From the NCBI RefSeq assembly GCF_025526975.1, contig NW_026515695.1, positions 310,001-374,000 on the forward strand: a DNA stretch of 64,000 bases. The letters are read 5' to 3'. Below the pieces are notes generated by a model. It did no database searches. It was not told the DNA's origin and saw nothing but the letters and a program-made list of their open reading frames with translations. Made by a program: the position numbers and the translations under genes. This stretch comes from Fimicolochytrium jonesii. Lineage: Eukaryota. Positions within the stretch are counted from its first letter, which is position 1. Every line of letters begins with the position of its first letter. Positions 1 through 12,030 of this stretch are shown piece after piece.

Positions 1-1196
1 ATCTCGCTCCACTTCATGGGATAGTAGTCCCATGGCTTTATCGCCCATCGGCGCTATGGGTGCTGTTGGTGATGTTGGGGATGAATCTGCCGATGCGAGG
101 TTGGATTCGGCTTTTTCGACCGCGCCAAAGATGATGTAGGATAGGCGGCGCATGACTGACCGCAGCCGTGCATCGTACGAGAGTCCCGTAGCCGGTTCAC
201 CCGGTGTTGCCGCTGACCCGTCCATGCCTTGCTGCAATGCCGAGAAGATCAGATTGGTCAAGAGGGTATACGGTATGGTGTTTTGCGGCGCTGTAGGTGA
301 TGGTGGAGCGTCAGACGCTGCGGATTTCACTACAACAAATAGGGTCAGCCATCGCATCGTGGCGACCATCTTCCCATAACGGAGTTTCCCATACCATGCG
401 CCTCAATAACAATAACCAAATCCACAATCCCAACCCCCTTCTCCGGAAACTGCCTCACCGCAACCGCATCCCTCTCCTCCAGCCCATTCCCCGTCACCAA
501 TGCCCTCAGCAGTCTATCCGACCACTGATCAAAGTCCGCCACAACCCGATCCAGCCGCCGCTTTCGCCGCTTTATTCGATGCAACTCATCAGTGATACTG
601 ATCTCGGGCGTCGCATCTTCCGATAACGCGTCAGCGCCCTCCCCACTGTTCCTCCGGCTCGCGTACCGGCTGGGCGCTGTCGTTAGCGTGGCGGCTGTTG
701 CGGCGGCTTGCAGTATGCTGCGGTCTTCGAGGAGGAGGAGCCAGACTATGCCAATGTACGCTAAGGTTAGATGCTTGGGGAACTTTGGGGCGGGCGGTTT
801 CACTTGCAGGGGCGGAGGTGTTGGCGGCTGTTCCGTTGTTGGTGTGGTAGTCGGGGAGCCATTGTTGCTGGCGTCGCTGAGTTTCCGAGGCTGGCGTGGT
901 GGGAGTTTGAGGAAGCTTCTGGTTGCTGAGAATTTCGTCGCGGGGTCAGTGGCAGAAGCGCCCATCCTGGCAGTACACCACACGGGGTCTCTAACTCTTA
1001 TAACAAAATGCAAGTTCGGGCCACTGCGGCGCTCCGAAATAGCATCGGAGGATAGCGGGGATGTATAGGTGCTTACACCTGCTGCTGTGGACGTGGGAAC
1101 TTGCACACCGCCAAGCCCTCCCAGGAAACGGCGCAACGTGAATGTCGAAGGTGAAGGTGCCGCTGGGGAAAACGTCAAATCGCGTGACACTCCCAT
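1..1196 (-). CDS. Hypothetical protein, probably spliced, may run off the left edge
   Basis: Long ORF 345..1373 with ATG at 1196 and a helical segment (DELHRIKRRKRRLDRVVADFDQWSDRLL). A branch-like ctgac near 345 suggests a further exon. No family recognised. Confidence 0.4.
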
Positions 1197-1560
1197 CGAC
1201 CTTACGGCAGCCCCGCTCGCGAACCCGGCGCGACGTGGAAGCCTTCGAGGTTGGGTAGCGCAGGTCTTCGCCAGGTTTTGCAGCAAGCACAGCTCAACGG
1301 TCAACCCGTAAGACTGGAAGATCCGGCATGTCTCTCCACCGCACTTAACGTTCATACCAATCGATTTACACATCCAAGAAACAAGGGACGATACAAAACG
1401 GCTAACACGACCATTTCCATCTGCGAAAGGATGAATTCTCAGAAAGCAATACTGCAGAAAGGCTGCAGCTTGGAACGGGTTCAGCGTAGGGTCCGCCAGA
1501 ATCTCGCGGGCAGCTTGGAAGTACCTAGTCCAACAGCATAAGGAGCGTTAGCAATCGATA

Positions 1561-1642
1561 TATGTAAGTGAAATGCAGATGAGCGGTACGTTATGAGCGG
1601 TACGCAGATGAGCGGTATGTAAGTGAAATGCAGATGAGCGGT
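1561..1642. repeat. Local duplication scar
   Basis: tatgtaagtgaaatgcagatgagcggt occurs at 1561 and 1616, with extra atgagcggt units between the copies. Confidence 0.85.
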
Positions 1643-2487
1643 CTCCGGCTCTATCTCTTCCCATGGGCAATATCGAACTTCAATACCTTTTCTCTCATGG
1701 GTGGTGTAGCACGCAACTCGGCGGTATGCTCCCCGTGGGATGAGTATAGCGTATTGAGTGCCGTTCTCGTCCACTTCGAGCTCGATGTTATCATTCTCCA
1801 AACGCTTGCCATGAATGGCTTTGACCAGGTCGTGGTTGTAGAAGCTCGCATCGTTCATGACTTTTGTCATGTTGGAGAAGCAGGCTTCCGTACTCCGCAG
1901 GATTTGGATAAGTTTTTTGGGCTTTTTGATTCGACCGGTACGCGCCCCGGCGGATGAGCAATGGCCATGAATTGCCATCGATCGAGAAAATGCCTTCGAG
2001 GACGTTCGTTTGAATCACGGCGTATCGGCTAAATTGGAAAATGGCGGCATCCACTGTCTTCTCTATCTGTAACGCTTTCCATGTGGCCTTAGTGTCTTCC
2101 AATGTTGGGGCGGGGTCGATGAATCCTCCGAATGGCGACGGCCGCTTATACTTGAAGATCTGCAGATGTGTTGATTCCTCCTCGGGCTGTTCAGTACCCT
2201 CACCCATGAGTTCGTTTATTCTTCGTATGGCATCATCAAGGACCCCGTCAGCCCCTTCACCGATGGCATGTTGCGACCGCTTTCGTCCTTCTCGTTCCCG
2301 CACACGATCTTCCGCTTCTGCACGCGCCGTTCAACGCCACAGCTCTCTCTTTCAATATCTCCGCCTCCTTCTTCTCCGCCTCGGCAGTTTTCTGGCGAGC
2401 CACCGCCAGCTGCTGCTTGATCTCCTCTAAAGCCAATACCGAGACGTAACTCAAACAGGCATTCTGAGCTGCCCGATTTGTAACCAA
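1640..2487 (-). pseudogene. Fic-domain gene, truncated and frameshifted copy B
   Basis: Three overlapping ORFs are collinear with the upstream copy (AIGEGADGVLDDAIRRI, TNVLEGIFSID, IQILRSTEACF, YAILIPRGAYRRVACYTTHE, EVRYCPWEEIE). Similarity stops near 1640, before the HPFxDGNGR motif. Confidence 0.8.
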
Positions 2488-2543
2488 GCTATGTAATTTG
2501 ATTCGATTTGGTGGGGTCTAGGCGAACGAGGGTTTCAGGCACA

Positions 2544-4110
2544 TTATTTTATTGGACCGGCGAGAGGTAAGGCAGAGTATGTTGCACTCGTAAGCCCTTG
2601 GTCGAGTGATATTTCGCTAGATTGCGGAGCTCTAAACCCGGCGAGACAGTGCGGGTTTGTGCCACCTACGGGCGTGCAGGTCGTTCGCTTGCTTACAGCT
2701 CCAGACCGAGTTGCCGCGATCAGGTCTCGCAGCGGGGACGGATCCGTCTCGCCGGTGCAATTGCCTACGCCTGAAGGCACTTCCACCGGAATCCCTGCGA
2801 TCACATCCATCGCCCCCTCCACCTCCGCCCTCAGCACCTCCGCCAGCACCCCAATATCCCCCCTTTCATCCTTCCCCATCAACGCCTCAAAATACTTGTC
2901 CTTACGCTCCGGCGATACAGCAACAGGAGGCAACCCAGTGCGAAGCAAGGGTATGGATGATAGGATCCGGCTGACGCGCCCGTTGCCGTCTGCGAAGGGG
3001 TGGATGCGGAGGAAGGTGTGGTGGAGAAAAGCGGCGGAATGGAATGGGGAGAAGCGTGGGTGAGAGAGGACAGTGAGGGCGGATGTAAAAAACCATTCGA
3101 TTTCGCTCTCGATCTGATCCCATGGGCAGAACCGGACTTCGACACCTGTGCCTTCATGTGTGGTGTAGCACGGCACTCGGCGGTACACACCCCGCGGAAT
3201 GAGGACCGCGTATCGTGCGCCATCTTCGTCCTCCTCCACCTCGATATTACCATCCTTCAGAAGTTTTCCATGGATGGTTTTGACCAAATCCTGCAAAACC
3301 GTCCATGAAAAACTACTGGAGTCGTTCATAACTCCCTTCAGGTCCGAGAAGCAAGCCTCGGTATTCCGCAGGATTTGAACGATTGTTTTGGGGTTTTGAA
3401 TCCGGCTGGTTGGCGGGATGTTTGTAATTGAGGTGTGGAGGAACCCGTGGCGGATTAGGGAAAGCTGGGAGGTTGCGTCGACGGAGAATATGCCTTCCAG
3501 GACGTTTGTGGAGATTGGTTGTGGGCCTTCCACCGGGCCTTCGTGTCATCCGCAGTAGCGATGGAGTTGTTGACGTCGCTGAGTAGCGGCGGGCGCATAT
3601 ATCTCATAATCTCGAGGTCTGAGGGTTCGTTCTCTTCCTCCTCAGCACCCCCATCGGCAAGTTCGCTAATTCTTCGAACCGTTTCATCCAAAACCGAATC
3701 CGTCCCCTCGCCAATAGCCCGTTGACAGCGCTTCAAAAGCTGAAATGCCCCATACAGATCATTCATCAGAAAGTGAGTCTCTGCAAGAAGTGCATTAGCG
3801 AGCGGCCGATCCGGGTGGCTTGACACCAACGGTTCGATGCTCGGTATCTGTTCGCGGCCACGAGGGATTGTGCGGCAACGCCGGAGACTGATTGGGCGAT
3901 AGACAGGGTGGTGAAGGTGGCGAGCTGCTCTGTCCATTTAAGCGTTTCGGAGGGGGAGAGAGATGGAGTGGGGAGGCTGACCTGCGACGGAAGAAGAATG
4001 CGTGTCAGTTGGGCTTAAGTGGTGCGACGGAGTTTTTCTCGTGGATAGCCTTACCAGCAAGCTGTCAGCGGAGAAGAAGGTCGGCTTCAAAGACCAGTTG
4101 GATGACATTG
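2544..4110 (-). pseudogene. Fic/Fido AMPylase-family gene, copy A, with one frameshift near 3520
   Basis: Catalytic motif HPFADGNGRVSR and inhibitory-helix motif TNVLEG [(S/T)xxxE(G/N)] are present. ORFs 3455..3937 and 2544..3533 are joined out of frame with no GT-AG intron. The 5' end is uncertain. Confidence 0.8.
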
Positions 4111-6056
4111 CGGGGGTGCGAACGGAATATGAATGCGTACTGCTACTATGGCCGGACCGGAGTATGGTGCAGGCCGATGGAGTTGCTGTTGGTTGCCTTC
4201 CTCGTCTTACCCATTGGAGCAGAAGAAGCGGATCCGGAGATTGACGGGTGACATAAGCGTTCCGGGCCCTGTCACTTCGAGCTGCCATTCTTAGTACCCA
4301 CCATGCACACCGGAGCGGTGAATGCGTCTAAATCCACTTGAAACACACCCAACAGCTCTCGATCGCCTTCAAACTCCTCTCTCATATCCAGAGCAATTAC
4401 ACATCCAAGAAACCAAACGCACCCCATAACCCAAATAGGCCCCAGCGCAAGGAAAAGACTACAAAGCAGGGACCTATCCAAGCCCACCAAGGACAGCCTG
4501 CGGGAAGTGAACGAGAGGACAAACAATGCAAATCTCTGGAGTTCTGTCCCAGTACATTCTGCTAGTATTCACCACAAACAGCAGCCGGGAGATGTCATTT
4601 ACTCAGAAGAGGACCGCACAGAGGGAGATGGAATCGGGCGGGCGGTGTTCAATAGGGTTGGTCAAACATCAGGGCGGTAAACCAATCTGATGACCTGTGC
4701 GTCGGTGATGGAGAATCAGACATCCGTGAGGACATGATGAGGAAGGACATGATATCTCCTTACCCGGATTTGAGTTCTTATGCAAAGCCACCGCAAAATG
4801 CCAATCAGCTCTCATCGCCTCCGAGGAATTCAACCGTGCAGCGTCCCTCCTCCTGCTGCACAGGCGAGTGCGAAGATCCGCGTCGGAGGGCTGTGTCGAA
4901 TCTACGCCCGCGTTCGGTGTTGGAGATGGTTTGAGGAGTGATGGCTCTTGCGACGGTCTTTCAAACAACCAAATCATACCCTGTGAACGTAATACTGTAT
5001 AGCCGGACAAGCGGACCTACCTGCTCCAACACCCTGTCTCCAACACGGCGCCCACGCCTCCGTCCCCTTCCCCTTCACCTTGAACCCCCTCAACCGTCCG
5101 CGCTATTACTATATCAGCCACTCTGTCTCTAGATATGTACCGGCGCCCCATATCTTCCTCTTGTTGTCCCCACGCGAAGATACGGTCGATGGCGGGTTAG
5201 GGGAGGGTTAGGTGTATGCGACTGGCGACTGGTGGCGGAGTTTGTGTGGATGGAGTGGATGCATGAATGGAGTCTGCAGGTGATGGGGAGGCGGGAGATG
5301 TGGACATTGATGATGGGATGAGGAACGGGGATGCAGAGTTGGACGTCGACAGTCGCTGTGTGGGAGAAGCATGTAAGATGGGTGAGATGGTGGACGATGA
5401 TGAGGATGAGGAATGGCATCTGGTACTTCAGATGCGGTGGGAGCAGTCCGTCCCAATGATTCAAAAGCACATGAGCGAAATGTGACGGCCTGCGATGGAA
5501 CTCAATTGTGCAGGCCAATTGCTGTTGGTTCATGGGTGACCAAACTTACGAAGAACACGGCTTGATTTGGCACCGAGACTAGCATGGACGAATGTTAATG
5601 GCCCACGTTTTCGGCTCACAGCGAGAGCCCAGCCGAGAGCAGAGCCGTATAGCGCCATTGGACATAGACGCCTTGAGACAATACGAATCCCAACTATCCC
5701 AAAACGCAATCCTCTAGGACAAACTGCCCGGACAGCCATCCCGGGTTTCCTTTTGTGAAAGTATCCCTCGTCGTCAGTGCTCTGCCCTGTTCTCTGCCAA
5801 TACAACGGCACATTCCAACAACAAGTCAAGCCCACTCTCAGAAAATCAAAACGGCTTTTGTAATTCCATGCAGTACATTGAGGTACACCGACTCCGCATT
5901 TTCTAACTATTCTTCCTGAGATGGATCGTGCCGACAGGTTGGTAATGCCATCGACGCTTCGAGCATCCGACCTACAGTTCGAAAAGGGTCGATAATGAAG
6001 AGCTAGGGCGTTTGGGTGGTGTGTGGGCGACAACGAGACCGGAGGACTCCCTAAAT

Positions 6057-6619
<563 letters not shown>

Positions 6620-7399
6620 GGTGACTGTCCTATGTCGTTGGCGAAAGGGAAGGAAAGAAGAACAAGTTCTGTTGCGCCGTCTCTCTGTTGGGTCGTCGTC
6701 GCTCGCCGTGCGCTGCCCCAGAGCAGCGAAGGGGCTTGGCAGAAAAGATAGGGCTGCTCACGTGACTGTCTTAGTCAGCAATGCGTCAGCGGCCAATTTG
6801 TTGAGCGGGGTAATGGTTCTGATGTCACTATGATTGAACATGACACTATTGACAGGATCACATCCCGCCTGGGCATCTGCATGTTGCGGCGATCAAACAA
6901 CACCCGCCAGGGAAAGGACGCTGGACGGACATTACACGGCAATGAGACATTTGGCAGCGTAAGGCGGTGTGGGGTACATGCGGCGTGTATCAGGGTTGCT
7001 GTGGGGATCTATAGGTTTGGCGCAGTCGGAAAGAATTGTTGCGACGCTGCCTGGGGTCGCAGGGAGGGTCCTCATGCGGGGCTTCAATTGCGTCCGTCCG
7101 TCGCATGCACACGAATCGCCCTTTTTGAAGGTGCCTGTCCAGTTGTGAGAATGGGAGACAATCCCTCTTGCATACGTGCGTAGTGTGCGAGCGACAGCGG
7201 CTTCCCACATCAGACATTCTTCTCGTTGGCCATGCTGGATGATTACGTCGTAAGACCCCGCCCGTCCGCAGAATGATGCAAGCCGCATTTGCCCAGGATC
7301 TCTCCCACCCTATAAGAGGACAGCACCCTCGACTCCCTGCCCACCATTACTCAGTAACACAACACACTGACAAACATCAAACAAAACATACCCGCGAAC

Positions 7400-7943
7400 A
7401 TGCCTGCCAAAATCAACTTCACCGAACAGGAGGAGCGCAACATTGCGCTCGCAAAGGAGTACATGCGCATCGCGTACTCCCCTGAGGAAAGCAAGGGAGC
7501 CGAGAGCGTGCGTCACCTGGTCGCCGAGAACTCCGAAATGGTCGCACCAAGCACTTTCCCGGAGTGCAAGACGCTGCTGGACTACGCTGACTCGCACAGG
7601 AGTAAGTACTCTCAATCACACATGCACACCTCATAAAAACACATGCTAACCACTGGATTTTCAACAATGAACAGCCGTAATGGATGCCGTAAACGACCTC
7701 TCCATCACCTCCTATGACTACGTTTTTGCAAAAGACAACATGGTCCTCCTCCGCTACTCCGCCAGCGGCACACACAAGGGCAAGCCGCATAAGGACATCC
7801 AACCAACCGGCCGCAAGGCCTCATGGCACGCCGCGGCCATTTTTGAGGTCGAGGATGGGAAGCTGAAGAAGTTCGTTAAGGAGTGGGATAAGCTGTTGAT
7901 GTGGACACAGTTTGGCTGGAACAGGGGCGCTGATCTCGTCTAA
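7400..7943 (+). CDS. SnoaL-like ester cyclase / NTF2-fold protein
   Basis: Two exons, with intron 7602-7674 (gtaagt..gctaac..cag). Motif VLLRYSASGTHKG..IQPTGRKASW..IFEVEDGKL..WDKL. Confidence 0.85.
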
Positions 7944-8494
7944 GGATTGGGGGTGCCGAGCACATATTTTGGAGACCGCTTTTTTCATATTTTATATAAT
8001 ATATCTTGGAGCTTCATGTGCATTTCTCGAAAACCTGTCCTGTCCAATATCTGGTGCGCGGTGGCAAATGTTGAGAGAAAGAGGAAGTTTCACAGCGAGG
8101 GCTCCCTTTTACATGTGCGTGTAGAATCGCTTATCCTTAGCTTCAGTAAGCTTAACTTTCCCACGTCGCATATTGAGGGCATACAATGCGAGACGTGAAG
8201 TACCCCCGATTTTATAACGGTCTATAGATAGGAACGTTCCTCACAACCACATTCTCGAACAGTGCCATTCTGAGTGGGGTGTTGAGTGCAAGCCACAAAC
8301 GTGCAAACGAACGTGGCCTTCCAAACAGTCTCGCTAATAGGGATCAGGGATTTGAGTTATTCGAGGCTCCCCGTATAATACCTCGCTGCCCAAATTCTCG
8401 CCCCCGCTTCAGATTCACTTCTGCTCATACAGAGACATCGCGCTATCATCACATCGTCGCTTTCATCTATCACATCACATCAACAACATCAACA

Positions 8495-9955
8495 ATGTCC
8501 GTCGCCGACCGCCTCCAATTCTTCGCCTCCCTCAACGGCGCCAGCCAGCAAAACCTCTCGCAGAACGCCACTACAGCCCCTCCGACTACTGCCGCGGAAG
8601 GCTCTCAACCGGTCCTCAACACCAACAACCTCCAGCCCCGCGCCCTCCACTCCGGCAGCTCCAGCCCGACGCGTCAAGACTTGGGCACGGCTAGAAGCAA
8701 CCCACAGCTCTCCAAAGCCGGATCGCGGTCGCTGGGCAACTTGGCCGGCGGGGGCAGTTACAGCCTGCTGAACAGCACCACCAGCCGCACCGGCTCGCAC
8801 AACTATCTCGCTGGTGGGGCACGCGTCAACTCCCACAGTCAGAGCTCGTTGCTCCAACCAGACCACCAGCAGGACGGCGACGCTTTAGCGAGCGGCAAGT
8901 TCCTCTCGGTCAAGGAACGTATCGCACGATACGGAAGCAACAACAAGGAACTCGACGCTACCACGGAAATCAAACCCCGTCATGCAGCCGCGGCCATCAC
9001 AGTAACCCCCCCGTCCATCCTCGACAACCCCCACGATGACGACGCCGACCGTCGCGACAGCGTCAGCGGACCCGCCGAGTCGTCGTACCATCGTCGTCAT
9101 AGCCATAACACGCGTGCGACGCCGTATGGGGTGCAGCCGGCGTCCGGGAGGTCGTCGAGGCATGCTAGTCACCAGGATTTGCACGGGAAGCTAGCGCAGG
9201 GGCAGGGGGAGAGGATGGAGGTGGATGAGGTGGGATCGGTGCGGAGGGCGTCGGCGATGGATGTTGATGTGCAGGAGCAGCAGCCGCTGTTGCGGCAGGA
9301 GGAAGGGAAGGAGGATGGGCACCAGCAGCATCAGGAGGAGGAGATGCAGGTCGATGAACCCGCCGTTCAGATTCCTCAGGACGAGGAAGAGGCCAAGCCT
9401 TTGTTGCAAGACCCCCAAGCCCCGCCGCAGATCGAGTCGCAGGCCCAGCCCCACGCCGAGGAAGTCAAGCAGGCCCACCAGCCCATCGCTCAACCCATCC
9501 CTCAGCAGCGTGAGCCCGCCGTCGCCCAAGCGGCCACTCCAGCCATCGTTGCCACGGAAGCAATCAAACACACCGCCGCTCCTCCGCCTACCTCAGCGGC
9601 CGCCCGCCCCACCAGCGGCACGGCCTCTCCCACTCCCAAATTCGCCTCCGCAACCCCCAAATGCACCACCTGCGCTAAACCCGTCTACCTAATGGAACAA
9701 CTCGTAGTCGACAACAACACATTCCACAAAACCTGCCTAAAATGCAACCACTGCAAAGCCACCCTCAAGATGGGCAACCTCGCCTCCATGAACGGCGAGT
9801 ACTACTGCAAGCCGCATTTCAAGCAGCTGTTCAAGCTGAAGGGGAACTATGATGAGGGGTTCGGGAAGGAGTTGCATAAGAAGCAGTGGTTGGCGGGGGG
9901 GGATAAGGCTGGCGGGGCCAAGGAGGGGGAGAAGCAGGAGGGGGGGCAGCAGTGA
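8495..9955 (+). CDS. Single C-terminal LIM domain protein (LIMD2/EPLIN/Xin-like) with a disordered N-terminus
   Basis: KCTTCAKPVYLME..FHKTCLKCNHC..YCKPHFKQLFKLKGNYDEGFG. Intronless. Confidence 0.9.
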   Translation: MSVADRLQFFASLNGASQQNLSQNATTAPPTTAAEGSQPVLNTNNLQPRALHSGSSSPTRQDLGTARSNPQLSKAGSRSLGNLAGGGSYSLLNSTTSRTGSHNYLAGGARVNSHSQSSLLQPDHQQDGDALASGKFLSVKERIARYGSNNKELDATTEIKPRHAAAAITVTPPSILDNPHDDDADRRDSVSGPAESSYHRRHSHNTRATPYGVQPASGRSSRHASHQDLHGKLAQGQGERMEVDEVGSVRRASAMDVDVQEQQPLLRQEEGKEDGHQQHQEEEMQVDEPAVQIPQDEEEAKPLLQDPQAPPQIESQAQPHAEEVKQAHQPIAQPIPQQREPAVAQAATPAIVATEAIKHTAAPPPTSAAARPTSGTASPTPKFASATPKCTTCAKPVYLMEQLVVDNNTFHKTCLKCNHCKATLKMGNLASMNGEYYCKPHFKQLFKLKGNYDEGFGKELHKKQWLAGGDKAGGAKEGEKQEGGQQ

Positions 9956-10309
9956 TTGGGGGATTTGAAGGTATATCACCTGACGAGACCGGAGTACGGA
10001 TTACCACCGTGGTCCTTGGAGTCGCTCTTTGAGTTGTCCGCCTGCTTTGAGATGGATGGGTGGGATTTGGGTGGGATTGGGTTTTGCGCGGACGGGCGCA
10101 TCGTCTTTTCTCGCAGAGCAGATGATTGTGCCTTGGATATACCCTGAGACCTGTTCTTGTTTTTTGGGGGGTTGTTGTGCTGTCTCTTTCCAATACCAAT
10201 GAATGACTTTTTTAATGATTGTGGTGCACAGCAGGACTTCAGCGGATTCATGTTTCTTCTAGTTTGATTCTGTCACCCTGTAATAGGAGATCCTTCCTTG
10301 GTGTCTCTC

Positions 10310-11230
10310 TTACTCCTTCTGCGGCTGGACGAAGCTCTGCCAGCTGCTCTTGAACTTCAGCCAATCCCTCGTCTTCTTCCTGTCGAGTTCTTCAGCGTCA
10401 TTTTGAGCATTCCCTCTTCCTCTTTCCACTCGGAGTCTTTCTGCCGATTTTCGAGCATTTCTCTTCTTCCCCTCGGAGTATTCCGGCGATTTGCGTGCTA
10501 TCCTCTCTCCCGTTCTTCTACTCGCAGTCCTTGAGCCAGCTCTGCGGCCTGGTCCTCTCGTATGCAGCGTATGTCCTCTTCGGGCGTTATCTCTCCCGCC
10601 AGCCGACTCAAACAGCTGCTCTTCCGCAAGTCTCACTCTCATAGTCGCTTTTGTTTTTCCTCCCAATCAGCAAATCTCAGTTCTCGCCTTCTCCTCTTTG
10701 TAGAGTCGTGCAGCCATAACAGAACTTCATCGGTCCTGATTTCTTCCTTCCGTCGCTTTCCGGTCTCTTCCGCAGTCCGGCGGATCTCCGCGAGTCGTTC
10801 TCCAGATGCTATCGCTTATCTTCCTATCACTCTGTACGTAGTTCCTCCGTTTCACGTCTTCCACAACGCGAAGCTGCTCAGCAAAGGCCGGTCGCGCCGG
10901 CTCTTCCTCCACTCTACGGGTCTCTGCTTAGGTAGTCTTGCTCGACGCGGCGCTCTTGTGCTAGTCCCTCTTCTTTCTCCCCAGCTGCGATCTTCCGCTA
11001 ATCGCTCTTGGTCGACGGGCTGCTGTGCCTGCGCGTCCGTAGCGAACTTTCATCAAACCCCTGTTTCGACAACTGGGATGCGAAGATACATGTCGTCTCG
11101 CACGCATTCTCTTCGCTACGACTCGGAATACATACTATCGGTATCCTTGTCGCTAGATACACATCCTTTTTAATTGAACCACTCTCCATGGGAGAAACTC
11201 CTCTGGAAGATAGACGGCTATTCCTCAAAT
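10310..11230 (-). pseudogene. Possible decayed charged coiled-coil gene remnant
   Basis: Short E/R/K-rich ORF pieces in shifting frames with many stop codons. No family recognised. Confidence 0.25.
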
Positions 11231-11469
11231 CCCCAGCAAGGGAGGCTCACGTGACCTTCGTGTTTTATTCCAGTCATTCTGCGCCAAATGTTTTCGAATG
11301 AGGGCAAGCTGAGCACCATGAGCACTGGATTCATATCCCCATCTTACCCATCTTGCCATCTTGAGGACGGTGGGGTCAAGCTGCCCGGGCTGAACCACAC
11401 AGATAGACAGACGGCCTCCCCTCTCCCTCCTCCTTACCGCACCCACCCACCTCGCAACTCCTGCTCGCG

Positions 11470-12030
11470 ATGACTACCCCTCTCGCCGACATCTCCGCCG
11501 ACGACATCCACATCCGTCTCGCCACCCCAAAAGACATCGACCACATCGTCGCAGTTGCCTCCAGCACCTTCATCGACACCTTCGGCCCGCCCATCAACCC
11601 CGCCACAGAGACCCTCTCCTACCTCTCCACAAAACTCACCCGCGCCCAACTCCTCACCGAGCTCGCCCACCCGCACTCCACCTTCTGGATCGCCCTCACG
11701 CCCACCCACCTCTGCGCGGGATACGCGAAAGCGAATATCCTTGACGCGCAGACGGAGGAGCAGTTCCATGGGCAGCAGGACACGGCTGAGGTGGAGCGGT
11801 TATATGTGGATAAGATGTTCTTGGGGAAGCGGTTGGGGAAACGGTTGATGGATACGATTGTTGAGCATGTGAAGGCCCAGGGGAGGACGAAGCTGTGGCT
11901 GGGCGTGTGGGAGAAGAATGAGCGGGCATTGGCGTTTTATGAGAAGGCCGGGTTTGAGAGGATTGGGGAGCATGTGTTTTTGTTTGGGGAGGATCCGCAG
12001 ACGGATTTTATTTTGCAGAAGGGGATTTGA
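11470..12030 (+). CDS. GNAT N-acetyltransferase, PaiA-like (spermidine/spermine N1-acetyltransferase family)
   Basis: EVERLYVDKMFLGKRLGKRLM and LWLGVWEKNERALAFYEKAGF..GEHVFLFGEDPQTD. Intronless. Confidence 0.9.
   Translation: MTTPLADISADDIHIRLATPKDIDHIVAVASSTFIDTFGPPINPATETLSYLSTKLTRAQLLTELAHPHSTFWIALTPTHLCAGYAKANILDAQTEEQFHGQQDTAEVERLYVDKMFLGKRLGKRLMDTIVEHVKAQGRTKLWLGVWEKNERALAFYEKAGFERIGEHVFLFGEDPQTDFILQKGI

Noticed and set aside
4400..5990. Short ORFs between the Fic genes and RPS30
   Set aside because: No supportable gene model.
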